Part shown: positions 52,523-62,338 of the stretch, one piece after another
Numbering within the stretch: position 1 is the first letter of the stretch
How the letters are laid out: each line of letters starts with the position of its first letter
Assembly: GCA_963786955.1 (NCBI GenBank)
Contig: CAWBAT010000005.1
Location: 256,001 to 320,000, forward strand
Direction: 5' to 3'
DNA: 64,000 nucleotides
From: an uncultured Acidimicrobiia bacterium
GTDB lineage: Bacteria; Acidobacteriota; Terriglobia; Versatilivoradales; Versatilivoraceae
Notes under the pieces: model-generated
Databases searched by the model: none
Told to the model about the DNA's origin: nothing
Seen by the model: the letters and a program-made list of their open reading frames with translations, nothing else
Program-made: the position numbers and the translations under genes

Positions 52523-53698
52523 TCATGAGTGTGCCTGCTTCATTCCCTCGCTCTTTTCACGATAAGAGGTCATCAGATTTCGGAATTCCGTGAACAAGTA
52601 GCGGGAATCAAACGGTCCGGGGGAAGACTCCGGATGATATTGCACGCAAAAAAGAGGCAGCTCTCGATGGCGAAAACCTTCCAGTGTGTGATCATTTAAA
52701 TTGAGGTGAGTGACCTCTACTTCCCCTTTGGGGAGCGAATCCATGTCAACGGTAAAACCGTGATTCTGGGCTGTGATTTCGACTTGTCCGGTTGATTGGT
52801 GCAAAACGGGATGGTTACCACCCCGGTGTCCGAATTTCAATTTGTAGGTTTTTCCTCCAAGTGCCAGGCCAAGGATCTGATGTCCCAGGCAAATTCCGAA
52901 GATGGGCTTCTTTCCGATTAGCTGCCGCGCCGTCTGAATGGCGTAGGTGACAGGCTCAGGGTCTCCGGGGCCATTCGAAAGGAAGATCCCATCCGGATGG
53001 TAATCCAAAACCTGTGCCGCACTGGTGCTGGCAGGGACTACCGTCACGTCGCACCCGTGGTCGACGAGCAGACGGAGAATGTTATGTTTGATTCCAAAGT
53101 CAAAAGCCACCACTTTAAAAGGAGGAGACTCCTTCCGAGAATTCTGTGGGCGCCCCCGCTTCTTTCGGGCTGGGAAAAGCTCGGCCGTTGGCTCTTTCCA
53201 GTGATAGGGCTGGTGGCAGGACACTCGTTTCACCAGGTCTTGTCCAATCATGCCAGGGTGTTGCCGCGCTTTTTGCACAAGAGAATCCGGTTGGAGGTCG
53301 TTCGTTGAGATCACCGAACGCATGGCTCCATGGGTCCGGATATGTCTGACCAGGGCCCGGGTATCGATATCCGAAATCCCCAAGATGCCATGTTGACGCA
53401 GGTAATCCGGCAAGGACATCTGTTGTCGCCAATTACTGGGAATTTCTGTGATTTCCCGAACAACCAAGCCTTCGGCATAGGGCCGGTTTGATTCCGCGTC
53501 TTGAGAATTGACACCGTAGTTGCCGATGAGAGGATAGGTGAGGGTAACAATCTGTCCTGCGTAGGAAGGGTCGGTGAGAATTTCCTGGTAACCCGTCAGC
53601 GAGGTATTGAAAACAATTTCTCCAGCTATTTCTCCTTCAGCACCAAATGATTTGCCTCTAAAGTGAAGCCCGTCTTCCAAGGCGAGCAATGCTTCCAT
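52523..53698 (-). CDS. carA: Carbamoyl-phosphate synthase small subunit
   Basis: [30 protein letters not shown]. Confidence 0.98.
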   Translation of the reverse strand: MEALLALEDGLHFRGKSFGAEGEIAGEIVFNTSLTGYQEILTDPSYAGQIVTLTYPLIGNYGVNSQDAESNRPYAEGLVVREITEIPSNWRQQMSLPDYLRQHGILGISDIDTRALVRHIRTHGAMRSVISTNDLQPDSLVQKARQHPGMIGQDLVKRVSCHQPYHWKEPTAELFPARKKRGRPQNSRKESPPFKVVAFDFGIKHNILRLLVDHGCDVTVVPASTSAAQVLDYHPDGIFLSNGPGDPEPVTYAIQTARQLIGKKPIFGICLGHQILGLALGGKTYKLKFGHRGGNHPVLHQSTGQVEITAQNHGFTVDMDSLPKGEVEVTHLNLNDHTLEGFRHRELPLFCVQYHPESSPGPFDSRYLFTEFRNLMTSYREKSEGMKQAHS

Positions 53699-53763
53699 TG
53701 ATTCTCCAACCCCTAAATTGAGACAACCTTAACAGCTTGCACGGACCATCGACCGCAGCCGCT

Positions 53764-54357
53764 TCAACCCAGGAAGCCAGCTTTGTCCACAGGCCAGTAA
53801 CGAAATACAGCCTTCCCATAAATATATTTCCTCGGGACCAACCCCCAGGATCGGCTATCATTGCTGGCGTTCCGATGATCTCCCAGCACGTAATAAAAAC
53901 CCTCTTTAACTCGAATCGGGGCATAGGAGTCCAAATCCTGGTACCCAGTGGGAACGTATCGCTCTTGTAACAATTGGCCGTTGATGTAGACCTGCCCGTC
54001 TTTGATCTGGATAACATCTCCAGGGACTCCCACAACTCTTTTGATAAATGACTTACTCGGATCCTTAGGATACCAGAACACGACAATATCTCCGCGCTGG
54101 ATGCCTTCAAAATGATACACGAACTTATTGACGAAAATCCTTTCCTGGTCCAACAGCTCGGGCTGCATGCTGGTTCCCTCGACTTTGACAGGTTGATACA
54201 GAAAGACCACCATGAGAAATGAAATCACGATAGCCAACAGAATATCCTTGACCCAACCTCTGAATTCAACCAATAAGCCTGACCGAGGTTGCACGTAGCT
54301 GCGCTCCCGTCCCGTGGACTCAGGCCCCCGTAAATTCAACCCGCCATATCGATTCAT
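53764..54357 (-). CDS. lepB: Signal peptidase I
   Basis: GTSMQP, FIKRVVGVPGD, GDHRNASNDSR. Start is ATG 54357 or TTG 54372. Confidence 0.93.
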   Translation of the reverse strand: MNRYGGLNLRGPESTGRERSYVQPRSGLLVEFRGWVKDILLAIVISFLMVVFLYQPVKVEGTSMQPELLDQERIFVNKFVYHFEGIQRGDIVVFWYPKDPSKSFIKRVVGVPGDVIQIKDGQVYINGQLLQERYVPTGYQDLDSYAPIRVKEGFYYVLGDHRNASNDSRSWGLVPRKYIYGKAVFRYWPVDKAGFLG

Positions 54358-54519
54358 AGATTTTCTTCTCAATCGCGCGTATCGGTTACCTCAAAACTCA
54401 AAAAAACTTATAACACAAAAAGCGGGGGTCCTCAACAAGGAGGATTTCCCAATCTCAATTAATGATAGGATAGATCTGATTTATCTCTTAGAAGCTGCCT
54501 TCTCTCCATCCGATAAACA

Positions 54520-55257
54520 GTGCCCAAAAGCCGACTCGCCGTAATCATCCCGGCCTTAAATGAAGAACAATCGATTGGTTGGGTCATCCGGGATATCCCG
54601 AAAGAAATAGTTTTCACAATCATTGTGGCAGATAACGGTAGCCAAGACGAAACCTGCAAAGTGGCCAGGGCGGAAGGAGCCACAGTCGTCTCTGAGCCCA
54701 AGCGAGGCTATGGAAACGCCTGCCTTGCCGGCTTAGCTGCGTTGCCTCCAACAACGGACATTGTAGCCTTTATGGACGCTGACTATAGCGACTACCCCGA
54801 GCAACTTCGACAATTGCTGACCGCAATGGAAGAGCAGCAGGCGGACCTGGCCGTTGGCTCCCGAGTCCTGGGAAAACGGCAACGTGGCTCTTTGACACCC
54901 CAACAGAGATTTGGGAACTGGCTTTCTACCCGTTTGATTTCTCTACTCTTTGGATTTCGCTACACTGATTTGGGGCCATTCCGCATGGCTCGGGTCTCAG
55001 CATTGCGAAAACTTGAGATGCAAGATTGCAGTTACGGTTGGACAGTGGAAATGCAGGTCAAAGCTCTCCTACACGGGCTCAAAGTAGTCGAAGTCCCAGT
55101 GGATTATAGAAAGAGGATTGGACGCTCCAAGGTTTCAGGAACCATTGCAGGAAATTTCAAGGCCGGTCTTAAGATCTTGTGGACGATTGGGAAACTGTTT
55201 ACAAAAGAAAAATTTCGCTATTTTCTGAAAAGTTCGTTCCATTCGAAAACACCGTAA
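54520..55257 (+). CDS. Glycosyltransferase family 2 (DPM1-like)
   Basis: IIPALNEE, DNGSQD, DAD, GSR. Confidence 0.92.
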   Translation: MPKSRLAVIIPALNEEQSIGWVIRDIPKEIVFTIIVADNGSQDETCKVARAEGATVVSEPKRGYGNACLAGLAALPPTTDIVAFMDADYSDYPEQLRQLLTAMEEQQADLAVGSRVLGKRQRGSLTPQQRFGNWLSTRLISLLFGFRYTDLGPFRMARVSALRKLEMQDCSYGWTVEMQVKALLHGLKVVEVPVDYRKRIGRSKVSGTIAGNFKAGLKILWTIGKLFTKEKFRYFLKSSFHSKTP

Positions 55258-55296
55258 AACGTCACTCGAATAGACAAACCAAGAAAGGATACGCTG

Positions 55297-56375
55297 ATGG
55301 ATGAATGCTTGAGATATCTTGTCGCCTTGTGTCAAACGGATCAGGCAAATCCGCTGCATCGGTCGGAGATGAAACGCAATACCGAATCCATGCTCCGGAT
55401 GCTGGAAGACGCGGTGGTGGGATATGCGCCCTTCATGCCGGTGAGACTTGTGGTCTTCCCGGAATTCGGACATGCCGCACCGGCCTATACTACCCTAAAG
55501 GAGCTGCGCGAGAAATTAGCTGTCCCTATTCCCAATGAGCACACGGAAAAGATGCTCTCCAAAGCCAAGGAATTTGGTTTATATATCCAGAGTGGCAGCA
55601 TGCTGGAAATAGATGAAAAATGGCCGGGCGCAGTCTTTAACACAACCTGTCTCATCGGACCGGAAGGGATCCTTTACAAGTATCGAAAAGTGAATCCCTG
55701 GATTCCCTGGGAGGTCCACACCAGCCCTCATGATATCGCGGGGTATGACGAAGAGCTTTTCCCAGTTGCCCACACGCCGATTGGAAATATCGGAGCAGCC
55801 ATTTGCTATGATTGGCTTTTTCCCGAAACTCTCCGCCAGCTCACAGCCAATGGTGCAGAGATTCTGGTGCGGGTATCCGCCTATATGGACCCATTCGGGA
55901 CGACGGAACCCATGGACTGGTGGACTGTCGTGAACCGCTGCCGCGCGATCGAAAATCTCTGTTTTGTAGTGGCTGCCAATCAGGGGGCCAGTCTTAGAAA
56001 CTATCCCCCTTTTTCTTGGCCTGGAGGAAGTATGGCCGTGGACTATGATGGACGCATTCTAGCTCAAGCATCTCCTGGCCCCGGAGAGCGAATCGTTGTG
56101 GCCTCGTTGGATATTGAAGCTTTAAGGCAAGCCAGAAAGACCCGCAGGGCCCATCAGATGCTCGCTCATCTAAGGACAGAATGCTACCCTTCCTCAGGAA
56201 ACAATACTATCCTCCCCAGACATTCAACTCGAAAGCGGAACTGAGGGTTTCGGAATTGGAAACGAGAATCGATGACGCAAAGCGAAGGATAGGTTATCTG
56301 GGGAAGGAAGAAGTCTCACCCACGCACAACATTGAGAGAGCTCTAAAGAAATCGGGTGCCAGTGAAAATTCTTAA
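55297..56375 (+). CDS. Nitrilase-superfamily carbon-nitrogen hydrolase; C-terminal tail probably frameshifted near 56188
   Basis: VFPEF, YRK and ICYD (E-K-C triad). The frame ends at 56244, but an alternative frame continues as a protein-like tail to 56375. Confidence 0.85.
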
Positions 56376-56440
56376 GGTGAATAGGTTGAGATGTACAGGC
56401 AGTCGGCTTGAGGGCAGAGGCCCCCCCGGTCTTTGCCCTC

Positions 56441-56476
56441 AAAAAAGAAAAAGGCAGGAAGAATCTCCTGCCTTTA
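56441..56476 (-). terminator. Rho-independent terminator (minus strand)
   Basis: AAAGGCAGGAGATTCTTCCTGCCTTTTTCTTTTTT on the minus strand, downstream of 56516-56848. Confidence 0.75.
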
Positions 56477-56515
56477 TGAACCGTTTGCCCAGTTCAGATC
56501 ATGATCGATCTTTAG

Positions 56516-56848
56516 TTATTTCTTTTCCTTGGGCATTTCAATCTTGCTGATGGTGATTGTTTTTGCGTCTTTGTCTTCCTTTCCTTCCACGATAACCTGG
56601 TGTCCTTCATGCCCGGCAGCCTTTTCTGGATTGGTAATGACAAAGAGATCATCTCCAACGAGCAACGCCAACTTGGCACCTTTGCTGGCTACGCAACTTT
56701 TAATGCAGGCAATATCCTTATCGGTCCCTGCTTTGTGAGCTGCGCCGCATTTGTTTTCAACAATCACGCCGGTGATTTTGCTAGCCATCACCATCGACGC
56801 ACCCAATGTGAGTGCCAGTACTAACGACAGAGCGAATGTCCGCTTCAT
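56516..56848 (-). CDS. Small secreted protein with CxxxH..CxxxC motif (DUF5818/OB-fold-like)
   Basis: GAGGAG RBS; signal peptide; ITGVIVENKCGAAH..ACIKSC..V.VEG. Confidence 0.8.
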   Translation of the reverse strand: MKRTFALSLVLALTLGASMVMASKITGVIVENKCGAAHKAGTDKDIACIKSCVASKGAKLALLVGDDLFVITNPEKAAGHEGHQVIVEGKEDKDAKTITISKIEMPKEKK

Positions 56849-57496
56849 AGTGTAGTTTTCTCCTCTTCAGTCTTGCATTTTTTACTGGATTTTTTAGACG
56901 CCCACTTAGATTATGCTAAACGGATGATTGGGAGATGTCAAGCGCGGAGATATGAGCCCAATTCAATTTCAATGTGAACACCCCATGGATGCTTGAAGCG
57001 TCTCCAGGATCCAGAAAGGTTGAGCTCGCCGACTCTTAAGTTCTAGAAAATGCCCCGCCGTATCTTCAGATTTGTCAACTGCTGTGAAAGGCCTCGCCCA
57101 GAGGTGGGAGAGGTCAAAAGAGGAGACTGCCATTGAAACTACTCAGTGGAAAACCAAGGCGACGGGGCATGCACAGTAAATCATCTTTCTAAGGGATATG
57201 CAATTTCTTTTAGCCTCTGAATAAGTGAAAGATCGGGTGTCCTTAATGGGTTCCTGAATCGGCTTTCATAGAAGTTCGTCCACTTTGTCTGAATATGAAT
57301 CCATTGCGCCTGTCAAGTGCGGACATTCTATTTGACAGTTTCTTGGATCTTGCGTTAGGCTGACCGCTCAAATTGCTGTCCTTTTCGAAAATTGGCAGTC
57401 TTTTATGGCATTCTGCTCTAGAGCCGCCAGATCCGTCTCTGCAACCGAGTTTAATTTCCCCGGGCTGCACCCAACGATAGGTCGGAAGGAAATTCA

Positions 57497-58852
57497 ATGA
57501 GTTTACCCTCTGGTCATGATCAACATGCCGGCTATAGTAAGAGTAAGTTATTTCTAGTTAGTGTCCTTGCATTGACCACGGCGGGGATGGGATTTGCCCT
57601 GCGAAGCGGTATTGCCGGTGATTTGCAAACCCGCTTGTTTGATCCCATTGACAAACTGCGATCGGCTGAAATGGTTGGAAGCGCGTTGGGAGTGGTGTTT
57701 CTGGGATTCGCGTTTACGATTGCGATTGGCAGCCCCCTACTGGATTACCTGGGGATGGGCCGTCTCCTGGGGCTTTCGAGTTCCTGCTTTATTGTGGGCA
57801 GCATCATTGTTATCTTTGCGGAAAAACTGAGTGGGAGCGTCCCACTTTTCTGGGTAGTGTGGGGCGGAATGCTGGTAATCGGGGTTGGCCAGGGGTTAGT
57901 GGAAACAGTGATTAATCCGCTGACAGCCACTTTGTACCCTGACGACAAAACCCATAAACTCAACGTCCTTCACGCCTGGTGGCCTGGAGGAATCATCCTC
58001 GGAGGGGTCCTGGGACTTTTATTCGGTGTGCTGCAGCTCGGTTGGCAAGCTAAGCTAGGGATCGTTATTTTGCCTGCAGCGGTATTTGGAACCCTGTTAA
58101 TTGGAACAAAATTCCCTCCCACCGAACGAGTCGCTTCAGGAGTTTCGGCACGCCAAATGTTTCGCGAAGTTCTACGCCCTTTCTTTCTGGTTTGGTTTTT
58201 CGCCATGTTTCTCACGGCGGCCTCAGAGCTGGCTCCAGGACAATGGGTTGATATTGCTCTGACTCGCACAGTGGGGATGCAAGGGATCTGGCTCTTGATT
58301 TATGTGAGTGGGATGATGTTTGTCATGCGGCACTTCGCTGGGCCTATCGCTCATAAATTATCTCCCGTCGGACTCTTGTGGGTTTCCAGCCTGCTGGCTT
58401 CCGTTGGCCTTTTACTCTTGAGTACGGCCAACTCTCCCTTCACGGCTATTCTGGCAGCCACAGTCTGGGGAACCGGTGTCTGCTACATGTGGCCTACCAT
58501 GTTGGCTTCGGCTTCTGAACGATTTCCCCGTGGAGGAGCGTTGCTCATTGGTTTGATGGGTACTGCCGGGACGTTATCGATCTATTATGTGCTCCCCCAG
58601 ATGGGGATGATCTTTGATCATTCTAAAATCAAAGCTGCCGGAGGCGAGGAAGCCTTCAAAATGCTAAGAGGAGAGGAACTCAACAAAGTGTTAGCTGTTG
58701 CTTCCCAAATGTCTTTCCGGTATGTCGCCATTTTGCCGGCAATCCTCCTCTTGGTTTTTGGAGCGATCTGGGTATACGATAAGTCTCGAGGCGGTTATAA
58801 GCCAGTGAAGCTCTCTGCCCAGCCGGTTGACGGCCATTCGCAGCAGCTATAA
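57497..58852 (+). CDS. MFS transporter (fucose/glucose permease-like)
   Basis: About 12 TM segments; GLVETVINPL, LHAWWPGG, WPTML. Confidence 0.9.
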   Translation: MSLPSGHDQHAGYSKSKLFLVSVLALTTAGMGFALRSGIAGDLQTRLFDPIDKLRSAEMVGSALGVVFLGFAFTIAIGSPLLDYLGMGRLLGLSSSCFIVGSIIVIFAEKLSGSVPLFWVVWGGMLVIGVGQGLVETVINPLTATLYPDDKTHKLNVLHAWWPGGIILGGVLGLLFGVLQLGWQAKLGIVILPAAVFGTLLIGTKFPPTERVASGVSARQMFREVLRPFFLVWFFAMFLTAASELAPGQWVDIALTRTVGMQGIWLLIYVSGMMFVMRHFAGPIAHKLSPVGLLWVSSLLASVGLLLLSTANSPFTAILAATVWGTGVCYMWPTMLASASERFPRGGALLIGLMGTAGTLSIYYVLPQMGMIFDHSKIKAAGGEEAFKMLRGEELNKVLAVASQMSFRYVAILPAILLLVFGAIWVYDKSRGGYKPVKLSAQPVDGHSQQL

Positions 58853-58931
58853 ATTTAATTGTTTTGACCCCCGTTCATCCTTAATTTATTTTCGTTTGAC
58901 TCCAAATTTCTAATATTCAGGAGATCCTAAG

Positions 58932-59747
58932 ATGCGTAAATTGATCATCCTCATAGGGGCACTCCTATTGGTGCCGCTGGCTCTGCAGGCTGCAAAAGTC
59001 AAAGCCTTGTTTATTGACCATAACAAGAAACCTGTCACCCTTGTTGACTGCAAATTAGTCAACAAAGCCACTGGACAAGAATTCATCTCGAAAGCCAACA
59101 AGAAAGGCGAGGCGGATTTTGAGAAGGTCGTGGCAGGGGATTATGTCGTCCAGGCTACCGGGAAAGGGTATTTCGATGCGTCTTCTGAGAAATTTTCTGT
59201 TACTGATTCAGAAAAGGATGTTTCCGTAACTGTGCAGTTGATTGATGCAAAAGTTTTCAAAGCCAAAGAAGATGAGGCTAACAAGCTCTTGACCAATTCA
59301 AAATTCAAAGAGGCCGCGGAAATCTACAGGGAAATGCTAAAAATGGCTCCGAAAGAAGCCGTAGTATGGGGCAATCTGGCCAAAGCCGAAGCTGGGATGA
59401 TGGATCATCAAGGGGCTCTCGAAGCCGTAACGAAGGCCGCCGAGCTTGATCCTAAGGAGTTTGGTAGTCTAAAATTACAGATGGCAACCTGGGTGAACTT
59501 TAACGAGGGGCTGCAAGCCCTACAGAGAAAGGATTATCCCAAAGCAATCAAGTTGTTGACGGAGGCTTTGAAAACCCAACCCGAGAACCCTGACGGTTAT
59601 TACAATCTAGCTCTGGCTTACGGACATCAAAAGAAATATGACGAAGCACTGAAAAATATCAACGAGGCCTTAAAACTGAAGCCAAACGAAAAAGCTTATT
59701 TGGAAGTCAAACGTATCCTCGAAAATAATGCAAAGGAGGATAATTAG
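58932..59747 (+). CDS. Exported protein with N-terminal beta-sandwich (carboxypeptidase-regulatory-like) and TPR repeats
   Basis: AGGAGA RBS; signal peptide; TPR units. Confidence 0.88.
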   Translation: MRKLIILIGALLLVPLALQAAKVKALFIDHNKKPVTLVDCKLVNKATGQEFISKANKKGEADFEKVVAGDYVVQATGKGYFDASSEKFSVTDSEKDVSVTVQLIDAKVFKAKEDEANKLLTNSKFKEAAEIYREMLKMAPKEAVVWGNLAKAEAGMMDHQGALEAVTKAAELDPKEFGSLKLQMATWVNFNEGLQALQRKDYPKAIKLLTEALKTQPENPDGYYNLALAYGHQKKYDEALKNINEALKLKPNEKAYLEVKRILENNAKEDN

Positions 59748-59894
59748 TCACAACTCCTCGGAGACTTCTACCCCGACTGGGCCCGCAGTTTTTTCACTCC
59801 ACCCCTGCCCAAAAAGTAGGAAGGCGCAATCTGATCTTTTCGTTCCATATGGCCTTTGTATTATAGGGCCCTTATTCATGGATTAATTCTGCCC

Positions 59895-60857
59895 ATGACC
59901 ACCAAAGTCATCCTCAATGGCAATCGCTACCTGAAGGCCGACTTACACTGCCATTCTTATTTCAGTGGAAAGACCGCTCATGTGAAGGCCCTTGAGCCCA
60001 TGGACTGCTATTCTTCGCCGCAGGGAGTCTATAGACAGGCTAAAGCTCGTGGGATGGACCTTGTGACCATCACTGATCATGATTCCATCGACGGCTGTCT
60101 CGATTTCTTGGAAAAATTTCCAGAAAAATTGGACGAGGATTTCATTATCGGAGAGGAAGTCACTGCCCAACTTCCGGAGTTTGGATCTAAGGTTCATATC
60201 GCAGTCTATGATATTACCGAAACCCAACACCATGAGATTTCCCGTTTAAAAGCAAATTTTGATGAGTTGATCTTATTCCTTCGCTCGAATCGCATCCTCT
60301 ATGTGCTCAATCACACCTTTCACGGCTTTCCCAAACGCCAGCATGGACTCAAATTTCTGGAGAAGATGCTCGATTCGTTCGAGATTTTTGAAGGATTAAA
60401 TGGTGCCATCGGGCCCTGCCAAAACGGTGTGATTTCCCAAATGATTCAAAGATTTCCAAACAAGACGCTCGTAGCCGGCAGTGATTCCCATACTCTGGTG
60501 CGATTGGGTTCGTGCTTTACGTTAGGGCAGGGTGAGAATCGGCGAGAGTTCCTGCAAAGCCTGCGGACGGGAAGTGTTGCCATGGCAGGGGAAAGCGGCA
60601 GTTTCATCCATATCTTTGGCGATGCGATGGGAGTCTACCTGGCTTATTTCAGAGATGTGGCTTTCCGTAACCAGGTCCATCGCGAGTGGTCTATACCCAA
60701 AAAGGTCAGGAATGGGTTGGGCTGGGCAGGGTATTTGCCAGTCTTTTTCATACTTTCCCTTGCTTATGCCATTGTCTATGACCGGCTCGAAGCTCGAAAA
60801 TACCCCTACTATCGAGAACTCATGCAACAGGCGATGATTCGCCGAGGAGTGGGTTAA
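59895..60857 (+). CDS. PHP-domain metal-dependent phosphoesterase
   Basis: ADLHCHS, ITDHD, GEE, NH, GSDSH. Confidence 0.9.
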   Translation: MTTKVILNGNRYLKADLHCHSYFSGKTAHVKALEPMDCYSSPQGVYRQAKARGMDLVTITDHDSIDGCLDFLEKFPEKLDEDFIIGEEVTAQLPEFGSKVHIAVYDITETQHHEISRLKANFDELILFLRSNRILYVLNHTFHGFPKRQHGLKFLEKMLDSFEIFEGLNGAIGPCQNGVISQMIQRFPNKTLVAGSDSHTLVRLGSCFTLGQGENRREFLQSLRTGSVAMAGESGSFIHIFGDAMGVYLAYFRDVAFRNQVHREWSIPKKVRNGLGWAGYLPVFFILSLAYAIVYDRLEARKYPYYRELMQQAMIRRGVG

Positions 60858-60870
60858 ATTCAGCCTAGAA

Positions 60871-60928
60871 ACAAAAAAACCTGCCTCATCTGACCATATA
60901 ACAGAAAACTGGATGACAAGGCAGGTTT
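60871..60928 (-). terminator. Intrinsic terminator downstream of the micro-protein gene (possibly bidirectional)
   Basis: Minus strand AAACCTGCCTTGTCATCC...AGATGAGGCAGGTTTTTTTGTTT. Confidence 0.7.
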
Positions 60929-60944
60929 GAATGGTTCTGGGGTC

Positions 60945-61004
60945 TTATTTCTTTTTTGCTGCTTTCTTGGCTGGTTTCTTCGCCGCTTTCTTAGCTGTAG
61001 CCAT
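60945..61004 (-). CDS. 19-aa Lys/Ala-rich micro-protein MATAKKAAKKPAKKAAKKK (histone-H1-tail-like)
   Basis: AGGAAAGGAGG-AAAAA-ATG; repeats use varied synonymous codons; TAA followed by a terminator. Below the ORF-track size cut-off. Confidence 0.8.
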   Translation of the reverse strand: MATAKKAAKKPAKKAAKKK

Positions 61005-61130
61005 TTTTTCCTCCTTTCCTCAAAAATAAAGCAGAGAAAGTTCAAACCGTCAACCCAGGGGATTAGCACTTCAAAAGAGAGAAGAACAGGAACGAGTCAA
61101 ACGAGAGCTGGAGCATTTGAACTTGAGCAG

Positions 61131-61388
61131 TCAGGTCGCTTCTTTCTTCTTACCAGGAACTGCGGAGGATTCATCAGGCTCAACTTTTTCGGACGCAGCT
61201 GCCTTCCCCTCAGTTACCGGCTTCCCTTCCTTTGAACTTTCTTTTGCCTCCCTAAGTAACCTTTCTTCCTTCAAATAGCTTGTGATCAATTTGTTAACAA
61301 TCTTCTTGATGGAAGTCCTGTGACGAGTGGAACTCAACTTCAGTTCAATGTGATCCTCATCGTCAATCTCTACATTTATTTTTGCCAT
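61131..61388 (-). CDS. Ribbon-helix-helix (ParG/CopG-like) DNA-binding protein with charged C-terminal tail
   Basis: MAKINVEID beta-strand, followed by two helices DEDHIELKL / SIKKIVNKLITSYL. Confidence 0.7.
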   Translation of the reverse strand: MAKINVEIDDEDHIELKLSSTRHRTSIKKIVNKLITSYLKEERLLREAKESSKEGKPVTEGKAAASEKVEPDESSAVPGKKKEAT

Positions 61389-61395
61389 CAGGATA

Positions 61396-61482
61396 ATTGT
61401 ATGTTATTAGATAGCTACATATGAAAGTAGCTTAGTAATAAGATTCATACAAACTTATAATGCTACTTTTAGTATTTGTCAA
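61396..61482 (-). promoter_or_regulatory. Sigma70 promoter with palindromic operator-like repeats
   Basis: TTGACA (61482-61477), 17 bp spacer, TATAAG (61459-61454). AAAGTAGC/GCTACTTT inverted pair and a long palindrome at 61396-61452. Confidence 0.7.
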
Positions 61483-61891
61483 CAAAAATTTTAAGTTTGC
61501 TAACCTGTTTAATACATTTGTATTTTCACATCGACTCGCACGACAAAAACTTTAGTACAAAAATCTGTTTTTCCATGACACGTATTCAAGAATTTTCCTG
61601 GAGTGGAATTTGCGGCTTAAGCCGGTGGGCGACGTCCAGTTCAGGATGAAGCCCTCCTTCTCGATGCCGTCGAGGCCTAGGTCCGGCATGAAACATCAAT
61701 CAAATTTGGTGCCGGCGAAGGAATTGAAATTTCTTGAGGCGGAGAGGTGCGTCCTCATTGGACGCGAGCCTGAAGAAGCAAAAGATTTTTTAATCCAAAT
61801 CTTAATTCGTGCGATGAGTAATAGCAGTTAGGTCGCAGAGATAGAAGCGCCCAACGTAGATTTTTTGATCTAAGCTAGGTGCCGGGCAAGC

Positions 61892-62320
61892 ATGAATAAC
61901 CAGAAAATTAACATGGGTGTAGATAGGCGATCGGCTGACCGAGTCAATGACAACTCTTTGCTCGTGGTTGCAGGGAGATTGGTGGGGGGAGAAACCTTCA
62001 GTGAAATGACATCGATCCATGACGTGAGCACAGGGGGTATCTCTTTTTACTTAAACACTCTGTTGGGCGTTGGCGATCTCGTCGATTTGAGCATCTATAC
62101 GGAGAAATGGACCAGTACCGAAGCCGTCCCCCGTTACTATATCCAAGCGAGAGTGTTAAGGGTTTCACCCAATCTCCATAGTAAGAACCAATTTTTTGTC
62201 GCTGCCGAGTTCGCCAGCAACTTTGTCAACTTAAGCTGTGAGGAAGATTTCGATTCGATCGTGCGGCATTTACAACAGGCCGTCGCAAACGACGAAAACC
62301 AGAAACAGCAGTACGAATAA
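61892..62320 (+). CDS. PilZ domain protein
   Basis: RSADR (RxxxR) and DVSTGG (DxSxxG). Confidence 0.82.
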   Translation: MNNQKINMGVDRRSADRVNDNSLLVVAGRLVGGETFSEMTSIHDVSTGGISFYLNTLLGVGDLVDLSIYTEKWTSTEAVPRYYIQARVLRVSPNLHSKNQFFVAAEFASNFVNLSCEEDFDSIVRHLQQAVANDENQKQQYE

Positions 62321-62338
62321 ACGGACCCGGAGCCAGAT

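Noticed and set aside
60860-61235. ORF-track entries 60860-61069 (-) and 60927-61235 (+)
   Set aside because: Alternative-frame and antisense shadows of the 19-aa micro-gene, which is the frame with the SD site.
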